A DNA stretch of 64,000 nt from the NCBI GenBank assembly GCA_963848295.1, contig CAWKDB010000011.1, positions 288,001 to 352,000 of the forward strand, in the 5' to 3' direction. The notes beneath the pieces are model-generated. The model made no database searches, had not been told where the DNA came from, and saw only the letters and a list, made by a program, of their open reading frames with translations. The DNA comes from an uncultured delta proteobacterium (GTDB lineage: Bacteria; Myxococcota_A; Polyangia; Haliangiales; Haliangiaceae). Every line of letters begins with the position of its first letter. Within the stretch, counting starts at the first letter, position 1. Below, one piece after another: positions 9,386-20,700 of this stretch. A program made the translations under genes and the position numbers.

Positions 9386-10742
9386 TCAGGTCGCCGCGGC
9401 GCGCATCAGCCGACTGACGCGCCGGCCTCTCCAATCGAGCGGCACCACCACCTCGAACGTCGAGCCCTTGCCGACCACCGACTCGAGCTCGACCGTCGCG
9501 CCGAGGAGCTCGGTCAGCTTCGCGACCAGCGCGAGCCCGAGGCCGACGCCGCCGTAGCCGCGCTCGTCGCCGCTCGTCGCCTGGCGAAATGGCTCGAAGA
9601 TCTTCTCGCGATCCTCGGGCGCGATGCCGATCCCGGTGTCCTCGACCGACAGCGCGATCGCCTCGCCGCGCTGGACGGCACGCAGCGTGACCTTGCCGCC
9701 CTCGGGCGTGAACTTCACCGCGTTCGCGAGCAGGTTGACCAAGACGTGTGCGAGCCAGCGGTCGTCGGTCTGTGCGAACGGCAGATCGGGCGCGACCTCG
9801 GTCACCAGCTCGATCGGCTTGGTACCGATCATCCACGACACCGAAGCGGTGACGCGCTCGATCACCGCGGTGATATCGACCGGGCTCGGCCGCGCTTCGA
9901 TCCGACCGGCTTCCGCGCGCGTCAGGTTGAGCACGTCGTCGACGAGCCCGAGCAGCGACTGCGCGCTGCGCTTGATCGATGCGCACGCCTCGCGCTGCTT
10001 GTCGGTCACCGGGCCGTACACGCCCGCGGCGATCACGTCGGCGAGACCTTGGACGCCGTGGATCGGCGTGCGCAGCTCGTGGGTCATCGACGCGACGAAC
10101 TGGCTGCGCTGGGCATTGGCCGCGAGCAACTCCACGGTGCGCGCTTCGAGGTCGCGCTCTTTGACCCGCAGCGCGCGCAACACCGCGGCGGAGAACCAAG
10201 CGGGCACGCCGACGACGAGCGCGCAGTAGATCACCGCGGTCACCGCGTACCCGGCGCTCGGCGCTTGTCCGGGCGCACCCGGCACCGGCGTCGCCGGTAA
10301 CACGTGGCCGGCCATGAGCCCGAGCATCGCCGCGAACAAGACGACGATCAGCCCGGCCATCAGCAGCGTGATCGCGAGGTTCGACAGCAGCGACAACACC
10401 GCGATGACGATCACGTACGTCGGCAACAGCGGGCTGTACGGACCACCCGTGAAGTAGATCGCGCCGGTCAGCACGACGACATCCGCGATCGTGTTCAGCG
10501 CCTGGGTCGCGAGCACGCCGCGATCCTTCGCCAGCGCGATCCACGCCGCGCGTGTTCGTCACCAGCTTGCCGGCGACGAGCGCGACGTACGTCCAGCGCC
10601 ACGGCGTGATGTCGAACACCGAGGCGAGCAGCGCGAGCAACGCGAACCCGATGCTGATCGCGAACCCGCTCCAGATCCCGGTCCATAGCTTCGGCCGATT
10701 CGCGGGCGCCATCAGCTCCGCGAGGAACTCCGGCAGTGCCAC
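9386..10742 (-). CDS. Membrane sensor histidine kinase (one +1 frameshift near 10550, probably a sequencing error)
   Basis: N-terminal TM helices; SMTHELRTP, NLLANAVKFT, DTGIGI, GGVGLGL; N-terminal part is in a different frame. Confidence 0.85.
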
Positions 10743-11117
10743 CTAGCCCTCGCCGAGCAGCTCGCGAACCTGCGCGAGCAACTGTACGAGGTCGAACGGC
10801 TTGGACAAGTAGCCGTCGGCGAGCGTTCCGAGTTGGACGGTGCGCGTCGATTGGTCTTGGTCGGTGTAGACCGCGCTCATCAGCAAGACCGGGACGCGCT
10901 TCGTGCCGCGCGACCTGATCTCGCGCACGAGCTCGAAGCCGTTCTTGCGCGGCAGCTGGACATCGACCAGCAGCAGGTCCGGCGCCTCGCGATCGAAGCG
11001 CTCGATGCCCTCTGGCCCGGTCGACGCGCCGACCGTGTGGTAGCCGTTCGCGGCCAGAAAATCGATCAGGATCATCTGGTTGACCGGGTCATCCTCGACG
11101 ACCAGGATCTTCTTCAC
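10743..11117 (-). CDS. Single-domain response regulator (CheY-like)
   Basis: ILVVEDD, DLLLVDVQLPRKNG, LLMSA, YLSKPF. Confidence 0.9.
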   Translation of the reverse strand: MKKILVVEDDPVNQMILIDFLAANGYHTVGASTGPEGIERFDREAPDLLLVDVQLPRKNGFELVREIRSRGTKRVPVLLMSAVYTDQDQSTRTVQLGTLADGYLSKPFDLVQLLAQVRELLGEG

Positions 11118-11133
11118 GACGTGCTCGAGGGTA

Positions 11134-12382
11134 TCACTCGAACCGGTTCGACGCGACCGGCCCACCGGCGCGCAAGCGCGAACGTCGACCCGTCGCCGGC
11201 GGAGGCCACGCACGCGCGACCAGCGCGGCCCACTGGTCCGGCGCGTCGGGCGCGAGATCCTCGCCGGCCAGCGCCGGACTCGCGGCGAGCTCGGCCGCGA
11301 GGCCTTCGACCGTCGCGTCCGGGGTCTCGCCCCACGGCGGCACGACGAACTGCGCGAGCAGCGTCGTGACATCGGGCGCGATCGGCGCGTCTTGCGTCCA
11401 GCCGCGCGGCGTGCGCGAACACGAGTTGTTCCGGCCGGCGCTGAGACAGCCGCGCGGCGTCGTCGGCCGAGACCTCGCGCAGGTCGTAGAGCACGACGAG
11501 CCCGGGCGCCGGCACCCCGATCGCGGGCCACGGGGCGAGCGGTAGTCCGAGGCGCGCCGCCACGGCTGTCGCGAGGACTTCGTGGCTGCGCCCCGGCGGC
11601 GCGTAGACGCACGGCGCGCCGACCGCTCGAGCGAGCGGCGCGAGGCGATCGAGACCGAACGCGATCCGCTCGACCGAGTCCTTGAGCCAGCCATAGCGGC
11701 CGCGCATCGGCGCGTCGAACCCGAACGGCGAGTGGTGCGCGAGCAGGCTGCCGCTCAACACGTAGTGCCAGCCGCGAAGATCGCGCGCATCGAGCGGGAG
11801 CACGCCGCCGACGCGTTCGGCCCGTTCGACGATCGCCTCGATCGAGGCCGCCATGCCGACGCCGTCCTCGGAGTCGGGACGCAGCGACGGCAGCGCGTCG
11901 CGGACGATCGCGAGCTCGCCGGCCATCGCGGCATTGAACGCGTAGAGGTAACGGCACAAGAAGCTGCGCTCGCGCAGCCCTGGATGGTCCTCGAGGATCG
12001 CGAGACGCGTCGCGATAAGCGAGCGCGCTCTCGAGCGCGGACATCAGCTCGCACACCACCTCTTCGCTCTCGCCGACGAGCGCGAGGCAGCGCCACAGCA
12101 CGCTCGCGCCGATCGCGGGCACCCCGGCGTCGATCAGCGTGTAGCCGAGATCGTAGAGCTGATCCGGACTATCGATGTCGCGCGCGCCCGCCGCGGCGAG
12201 CTCGGCGAGCTCGGCGTGACCCTGCGGAGGCGACGAGCTCGGCGAACAGCCCGAGGTAGCGCGGCGAGCTCGGCCGGCGCCAGCTCGCGCCCGCGCGGCC
12301 AGCCGAGGCGCGCCCGCAATGCGGACAGCGCGCCGCGTTCGTCGCCCTTCCCGATCAGTGCGCTGATCTCTGCGTCGTCCAT
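11134..12382 (-). CDS. Hypothetical protein (TPR-like), split by several frameshifts
   Basis: Protein-like segments in successive frames: MDDAEISAL.., PAIGASVLWRCLALV.., LCRYLYAFNAAM.., WTQDAPIAPDVTTLL.. Confidence 0.5.
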
Positions 12383-12392
12383 GCGCTTCCGG

Positions 12393-13220
12393 TTACGCGA
12401 GGTTCGCGAGCCGCAGCGACGCGTCCCACAACGCCGCGCGCACCTTGCCGTCGCGCGCGGCAGCCGACGGCGGGGTCGCGACGCCGTCGCTGAAGTAGCT
12501 GCCCGACGGCTCGGTGATCGCCTCGGTACTGGCGAGCCGAACCGAAGTGCGAGCGCCGGCCTCGACCGAGCCGCCGGCGACCGGGCCGAAGCCGTCGCGC
12601 AACAGCTTCGTGCCGACCACGCCCGGATGCAGGCTGTAGGCGACGAGGTGCGCGGGATCCTGGCGCTCGGCGAGCGTGCTCGCGTGCATGACGTTCGCGA
12701 GCTTGCTCTGCGCGTACGCGGCGTAGCCGGTCCAACCGCGCTCGAGCTGGAGATCGTCGAGGTGGATCGTGCCGCGCGTGTGCGCGACCGACGCGACGTC
12801 GATCACGCGGGAGGCGATCGCCGCCGCTCGTGCGCTCGCGACGAGCCGCGGCAGCAGCAATTCGGTCATCAAGAATGGGCCGAGGTGATTGACCGCGAAG
12901 TCGAGCTCGAGCCCGTCATCGGTCACGACTCGCTCGGTCGCGAAGATGCCGGCGTTGTTGACGACGACATGGAGCTCCGGCGCGAGCGCGAGGATCTGCT
13001 CGGCGCCGCGGCGCACCGCGGTCAGCGAGCCGAGGTCGAACGCGACGCCGTCGAGCACCGCGCCCGGCAGCTCGCCGCGCAACGCCTCGAGCGTCTGGTC
13101 GACCTTCGCCTTGCTCCGGCCGTGCGCGATCACGCGCAGTCCAGCCGCGGCGAGCGCGCGCGCGGTCTGCCGACCGATCCCGTCGGTGGCCCCGGTGACC
13201 AAAACCACGCGCTGACTCAT
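12393..13220 (-). CDS. SDR oxidoreductase (retinol dehydrogenase-like)
   Basis: TGATDGIG, NNAG, VNHLGPF, YAQSK, LHPGVV. Confidence 0.9.
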   Translation of the reverse strand: MSQRVVLVTGATDGIGRQTARALAAAGLRVIAHGRSKAKVDQTLEALRGELPGAVLDGVAFDLGSLTAVRRGAEQILALAPELHVVVNNAGIFATERVVTDDGLELDFAVNHLGPFLMTELLLPRLVASARAAAIASRVIDVASVAHTRGTIHLDDLQLERGWTGYAAYAQSKLANVMHASTLAERQDPAHLVAYSLHPGVVGTKLLRDGFGPVAGGSVEAGARTSVRLASTEAITEPSGSYFSDGVATPPSAAARDGKVRAALWDASLRLANLA

Positions 13221-13235
13221 CGCGGGGAACTTACC

Positions 13236-14639
13236 TCAGTAACGGTGCGAGCGCAGCGCACGAAGCGCCGCCGGTGGCACGTGCGGCGTGGCGTGCCTCG
13301 GCGCCAGCCGGCCTTGCGGCAGCGATGCGGTGACGCCGGTCCACTGTTCGAGCTCGGCGATCGCGGCACCTTCGTCGGCGGTCGACAGCGTGGCGATGTC
13401 CGAAGCGTGCGTGCCCATCGGCGCGACCAGCTCCTGCGAATTCGTCGCGCTGCCGAGCGTGAACGCGCCGCCGGTCCACGGGTCCCACTGGCCGTAGATG
13501 AAGATCAGGTCGTCGCCCGCGCCTTGCACGTAGCTATCGATGTCGTGCATCGCGGCGCCACCGTCGAATGCGGGCAGCGCCACGCCGATCGGGAACGCGC
13601 CGTCGTAGTCGCTGTCGCTATAGATCTCGTACGGCGCGAGATAGTCGGTGCCGCCGTCGGGATAGCCGAGCTGGTAGTACGCCTGATAGACATAGGCCTC
13701 GAACTCCGCCGATTGCTCGTCGTCGCTGTCCGACACCGGCGAGATCGCGCCGAGGAACGCCCAGATGTCGGCGTCGCTCGCGGTGGTCGCCGGAACGTTC
13801 GGGCAGTCCGCGACGCCGTGATACTGCCAGAACGACCACTCGAGCTGGTCGACCGCGCTCTCGACCGCCGGACCGATCGCGATCCGGGTATAGCCGTAGC
13901 CTTGGTCCGCCGCTTCGGTCGCGGCCTGCGCTTCGAGCATCGCCCGCCGGTTCTGGAGCATCTCGACCGCCAGGTCGCGGACGGCTTGGTGACACGCGGG
14001 CGTGCCGACCGCCGCGACAAACGCCGGATAGCGCTCGTCGGGTGCGCCGAACGATAGCGGCGCGACGTACGGGACGGTCCCGACGACGTCGCTCGGGTAG
14101 AACCGGCGATGAAACGCCGCGGTCATCCCGCCCTTGCTGCCGCCGGTCGTGATGAACGGTCCGCGATAGATCGTCTGGAGCGCCGCGATGATCGCGTGCT
14201 CGTCCGCCGCCATCTGCGCGATCGTCAGCTTCGACCAATCCGCGGGATCGGGACGCGACGTGCCGAAGAACCGGTGCTCGATCGAGATCTGGTTCGCCGC
14301 GAACATCTGGGTCAGCTCGACCTCGTCGTCGAGGTAGTAGTCCCAGTAGCCCGAGGTGTGGACGATCATCGGCGCGCCGACGTCGCGATGGAGCAGCGAG
14401 ACCTCCTGCTGGAACGTCGCGCTGTTCGGATCGTCGTGGTCGACCGGCTGGGTGAACTCGAGCACGATGTACGTGACGCCCGGGTCCGCGGTCGGGACGG
14501 TCTGCGCGGTGACGCCGGGCAGCGCCTGGAGCGCGGCGAGGATCTGGTCGGGCCCGGGTGGCGCGTCGGGCTGCGCAGATCCGTGCTCGCCGCAGCCGGC
14601 GAGTGCCCAGGCTGCTGCCACCGCCGCTGCCAACCGCAT
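13236..14639 (-). CDS. S28/S37-type tripeptidyl aminopeptidase lipoprotein
   Basis: Lipobox LAGC; QPVDH, IEHRFFGTSRP, GGSKGG, DPW, GTH. Confidence 0.85.
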   Translation of the reverse strand: MRLAAAVAAAWALAGCGEHGSAQPDAPPGPDQILAALQALPGVTAQTVPTADPGVTYIVLEFTQPVDHDDPNSATFQQEVSLLHRDVGAPMIVHTSGYWDYYLDDEVELTQMFAANQISIEHRFFGTSRPDPADWSKLTIAQMAADEHAIIAALQTIYRGPFITTGGSKGGMTAAFHRRFYPSDVVGTVPYVAPLSFGAPDERYPAFVAAVGTPACHQAVRDLAVEMLQNRRAMLEAQAATEAADQGYGYTRIAIGPAVESAVDQLEWSFWQYHGVADCPNVPATTASDADIWAFLGAISPVSDSDDEQSAEFEAYVYQAYYQLGYPDGGTDYLAPYEIYSDSDYDGAFPIGVALPAFDGGAAMHDIDSYVQGAGDDLIFIYGQWDPWTGGAFTLGSATNSQELVAPMGTHASDIATLSTADEGAAIAELEQWTGVTASLPQGRLAPRHATPHVPPAALRALRSHRY

Positions 14640-14688
14640 GGGTCGAGCTTGCCACGCCGGCCGCCGCAGTGTGGTAGGCATGCGCCCC

Positions 14689-15780
<1,092 letters not shown>

Positions 15781-15784
<4 letters not shown>

Positions 15785-16638
15785 GAGCTCGCCGCGGGAT
15801 CGGATTCGTCGTCGCCGCGGCGATCACGTGGGGGACGTGGAGCTGTTTCGTCCGCCCGGCGGGCGTCTCGGTCCTGATCTCGGCGCCGATCGTGTTCGCG
15901 ATCATGGGGCTCGCGGCGCTGCCGCTCGCATGGCGCGAATCGAAGGCGCGGTGGGATCGCACGACAGCGTGGCTGCTCGTCGGCAACACGCTGTTCGACG
16001 CGCTCAATGTCGTGACGTTCTTCGCGGCGATGCAACACACGACGCTCGCGATCGCGGTGATGACGCACTACGCGGCCCCGGTGATCATCGCGATCGCCGC
16101 GCCGCGGATCGACAAGGTGCGAGTTGCTGGCGCGATTCCGGCGGCGCTCGTCGCCTTGGTCGGCCTCGCGATCGTGCTCGAGCCGTGGCGCGGCGGTCCG
16201 GCCGACGCTACGCACGACGCGTTCGTGGGTGGTGCGCTCGGGCTCGCGTCCGCGTTTTGCTATGCGGGCAACGTGTTCGTCGTGCGCCGGCTCGCCGAGC
16301 GGATCGGCAACGGCCGGGCGCTGGCGTTTCACTCGATCCTCGCGGCGCTCGTGCTCGCGCCGTTCGCGTGGCTCGCTTCCACCGGGCTGCGCGGGATCGC
16401 CAGCCTCGGCTTGCTGGCGATGGGCGCCGTGCTGTGTGGTACGGCGGCAGGCTACATCTACATCATCGGGCTGCGCGAGACCGGCAGCGCGCGCGCCGGC
16501 GTGCTCGCGTTCGCCGAGCCGATCGTGGTGGTCATCGTCGGCGCGCTGGTCTGGCACGAAGCGATCCATCCCGCGGCCGCGATCGGCGGCGTGCTCGTGC
16601 TCGCAGCCGGGATCCACGTCGCCCGCCAAGCGCGGTAA
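15781..16638 (+). CDS. DMT/EamA family transporter
   Basis: About 10 hydrophobic segments; THYAAPV, AFAEPIV; GTGA overlap with ychF stop. Confidence 0.85.
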
Positions 16639-16649
16639 GCTCGAGGACC

Positions 16650-17673
16650 ATGCCGCCGCGTGTCACGATCGCGATGCCCGCGTACAACGAGGAACGCTAC
16701 ATCGAGGCGTGCATCGCGAGCGTTCAGCACCAGGACTACCCGAAGGACCTGATCGAGATCCTGATCGCGGACGGTCGGTCGACCGATCGCACGCTCGAGA
16801 TCCTCGCGCAGCTCGCGGAGCGCGATCCGCGGATCAAGATCGTCGACAATCCCGATCGGCTGCAAGCCGCCGGACTCGTGCGGCTCGTCAAGCAGGCGCA
16901 CGGCGACATCATCGTGCGGATGGACGTGCACTGCGAGTACGCCGCGGACTATGTCCGCAAGTGTGTCGAGACGATCGAGCGCACCGGCGCCGACAACGTC
17001 GGCGGTGCCCAGCGCGCCAAGGCCAAGACGTTCTTCCAGCGCGCGTTGTGCGCCGCGCTCGCGAGCCCGCTCGGGGTCGGCGGCGCGAAGTATCGCTCGG
17101 CCGACGCCGACGGCTTCGTCGACACCGTGTTCCTCGGCGCGTTTCGTCGGCGCGTGTTCGAGACCGTCGGGATGTGGGACCCGCGCGCGATCACGAACGA
17201 GGATGCCGAGCTCAACCAGCGCATCCTCGAGTCCGGCGGCCAGATCTACTTGTCGCGCGACATCGTCGTGCACTACTTCCCGCGCGATTCGTACGCGACG
17301 CTCGCGAAACAATACTTCAAGTACGGTCGCGGTCGCGCGCGCACGCTTGATCAAGCTCGGCCGATTCCCCACGCTGCGCCCCGCCCTGCCGTTCCTGCTC
17401 GTTGCCGGCGCGGGCACGATCGCGCTGACGCCGCCGCTCTGGCCGGTCGGTCCGCTCGCATCCGCCGCCTACGCCCTCGCGACCGGCGCCGAGGCCGTCC
17501 GAGTCGGCGGCGCCCTCGGCCCCCGATCGATCGCGGCCGTGTGGGCCATGTTCCCGGTCCTCCACATCTCGCACGGCATCGGCTTCGCAGCCGGCCTCTG
17601 GCAATACCTCCGCCACCCCGACTGGCCCAAAGACCCGGAGCGCCTGCGCAAAGCCGTCCTACGCGCCGTGTAA
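16650..17673 (+). CDS. Glycosyltransferase family 2 (ExoA-like; +1 frameshift near 17347)
   Basis: MPAYNEE, DGRSTD, RMDVH, NEDAELN, QYFKYG; C-terminal TM helices in the next frame. Confidence 0.88.
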
Positions 17674-17677
17674 TGGT

Positions 17678-17779
17678 GACGCTGTCTCTTTTGTCAACTT
17701 GCCGGAGCGCGCGTGTCTCCCAACACCCTGTAATCATCTAGCTTCCGTGAGGGACGCTGTCTCTTTTGTCAACTTGCCG
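17678..17779. repeat. Two identical 27-bp direct repeats GACGCTGTCTCTTTTGTCAACTTGCCG separated by 48 bp
   Basis: Copies at 17678-17704 and 17753-17779, in the gap between convergent genes. Confidence 0.9.
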
Positions 17780-17782
17780 CCC

Positions 17783-20700
17783 TCAGCTCAAGACGTGCGC
17801 TCGGCCGGCTTCGATCGCGATGAGCTCGCGCGCTTGCGCCAGCTGGACCCCGCGGGCGACCCGCTCGGTGACTCGCGAATCGATCCGGCCGTAGCCGAGC
17901 AATCGGGCCGCATCGCGCACGAGGTCGGCGCTCGAGATGCCACCCGCGCGCTCGACGACGACGCGCGCCGCCGCGGCTAGCTCGGACAGCGGGACCTCGG
18001 CGATATCGCGCCGCGTGCCGGGCGCGCTGCTCGCGACGCGAACGCCGGGCAGCGTCGCCGGATCTTGATCGACGCGCCACACCACGCCCTGCTCGTCACC
18101 GAGTCGGCCGCGACCGGTGATCGCCGCCTTCACTTGGGCGGAGACCTCGGGAGTCATTCGACCGACGCCGAAGTACGCACCGACTCGCCGCGCGAGCAGA
18201 TCGACGTGCATCGGCGCTTCGGCGGCGAGCACTTGCTCGACGACCTTGCCGAGCTCGGCGCCGTGGCGCGCTGCGAACATGTCGTCGGGGGCGCGCCGGC
18301 CGGCTGGAATCGCGGCGGCGACGTACGGCGCGATCGCGATCGCACCGCGGGCCAGCCGCATCGGCGTGGTCTGTGCGTTGTCGATCGAACCGCACAGCGG
18401 CGCGGGCCCGGATCCCGACGCGAGCTCGGCCGTAACCGCGGTCGGTCGCGAACCGCGAGCCGGCACCGTGCCGCGTGCGAACCGCGGAGCCGCGGTCGGT
18501 CCGGTCGCGACCCGTTTCTGGCGCAGCGCCGCGATCGCTGCGACGATCGCGCCGTGGGCGCGCTGGATCTCGCGCTCGGAGTCGTACCACCAGTCGAACG
18601 ACCAGATCCGATGCGTCCGCCAGCCGAGCTGCGCGAGCTGCTGCGCGCGCAACCGGTCGCGATCGCGCGCCGACCCCGCCGACGCGTAGCCCTCGCCGTC
18701 GTGCTCGATCGCGAGCACGAACCGCGCATCGTCGTCGGGATCGACGACCGCGAGATCGAGCTTGTACGGTCCGACCCCGACGCGATGGCGCAGCGTCCAG
18801 CCTCGATCCATCAGCGCGCGCGCGATCGCTGCGGTGATCGGGCTCGCCGGCGCCGCGCCCGCGGAGCACCCGACGCCGCCACCCGCGCGCGCGAACCGCA
18901 ATAGCTCGGCGAGCTCGCGATGGGCGGGCGCGTCACCGAGAGCGTCGCCGAGCTCGTCGCCGAGCGCGGCCGGATCGTGCGGCGACACGACGACCAGCTG
19001 ATCTCTCGCGCGCGTGACCGCGACGTTGAGCCAGCTCTCTCCCTGCGGCATCGCGAGCGCGTCGAACGGCCCGTAGGCGGCGAGGACGATGACGTCGCGC
19101 TCGTCGCCCATCATGCGATCCGGGGTCGCGACCAAGACGTGCTCGACCCGGGCCGCTTCGAGCTTGGCTTCGAGCTCGCCGCGGATCTCCGCGGATAGCG
19201 CGACGATCGCGACCGATCGGCCGCGTCTCACGGCCTCGCCGATCGCGGCGTCGCTCGTTCCGTCGCGCCAGGAGACGCCGCGCTCGCCCGTGCGTTGCGC
19301 GGCCGGCAGCACCTGGATACGACCCGCGTACGTGCGCGTCGCGGGCAGCGCGAACAGATCCTCGTGCCGGCTGCGATAGTGAGCGCCGAGCAGCAGCACC
19401 GGCAACCCGGCGGCGATCGCGTCCGCGTAGAGCCCGGGGCCGCGCGCCGGCGAGAGCTGACGATCGTCGCCGATCACGATGACCGCGTTCGCGCGAGCGA
19501 GCGCTCCGAGCGCCGCTCCCGTCGGTAACCGCGACGCCTCGTCGAAGATCACGACATCGAACGGTGGCCGCACCGGATCGAGATGCGCAGCGACCGCCGC
19601 CGGTGTCGCGAGCACGCACGCAGCGGTTCGAGCGGCCAACGCGCGCGCGCGACCGAGCGCGAGCGTGCTGCGTTCGAGCTCGCCGAACGAGGTGATCCGC
19701 GCGTGGTGCGCCGCGCCGTCGAAGCGAGCGAGGGCCGGCCACCGCGCGAGCTCGCTATCCGCCCACCCGAGCAACGTCGCGCGCTCCCACGTCGCGGCGA
19801 GCTCGGCGGCAGCAACCTCGCCGCGATCGATCGCCGCGATCGCCGCGTGGATGCTCGCATCGACCGCCGCGCGGCGCGCGAGCTGGTAACGCACCCAGTC
19901 GGCGAGCGCTGGCGCCAGCGGCGACAACAGCTCTAGTTGGTCGCGCAGCTGGACGAGGTGATCGGCGCCGGAGCCGAGCGCCGATTCGGCGATGCCGGTC
20001 GCGGCGGCGAGCGCGGCGAGCGCGGCGCGCCAGCGCACGGTGGCAGCCGCCAGGGTCGCGAATGCGGTGAGCTCTGTGCCGGTCTCGCCCGTCGTCGCGG
20101 CGACCTGCGCGACCAACGCGCGCCACGCCGCTTGCTTCGCGGTCTCGCCGCCGTGCACGGTCACTTGATCGAACGCGCGCCGCAGCTCGCCGGCCCACGT
20201 CACCGCGGTCTCGAGGCTGCCGAGCGACGCCGCGAGCAGATCCGCGGATACCAGGTCGCCGAACCACCGCCGCGCCGGCTCGGATGCCGCGAGCAACGCC
20301 GCCCGGCACGCGCGCTCCGCGATCACCGCCTCGAGCGCGGTGACCATGGCCGCGTCGCTCTCGAGGTGACCGGCGGCGCGGACCTGCGCTCGCGCGGTGC
20401 GCAGCGCGAGGTAGCGCACTGGCGCGGCGCTGTGCGACCAGCGGCGGAGTTGCGTCCACAACGCGGACGCGTCGAGCGTCTCGCACGGGGCGACGTCGCC
20501 GAACGTCGACTCGACCTCGGTCACGAGCGCGCGATGACGCGTCGCGATCGCGAGAAACGCGGTCGGATCGCGGGGCACGTCGAGCGTGCCGACGCCGCGC
20601 GCGCGAAGCAGCGCGATCTTCTCGTCGAGATCGTCCTTCGCGCTGCGTACGGTCGTCAGCAACTCGGCGCCGGGTCGCGCCGACGCGGCAGCGAGCCGAG

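Noticed and set aside
17678..17779. CRISPR array
   Set aside because: Only two repeats, a 48-bp spacer, no clear repeat palindrome and no cas genes in the window; kept only as a direct repeat
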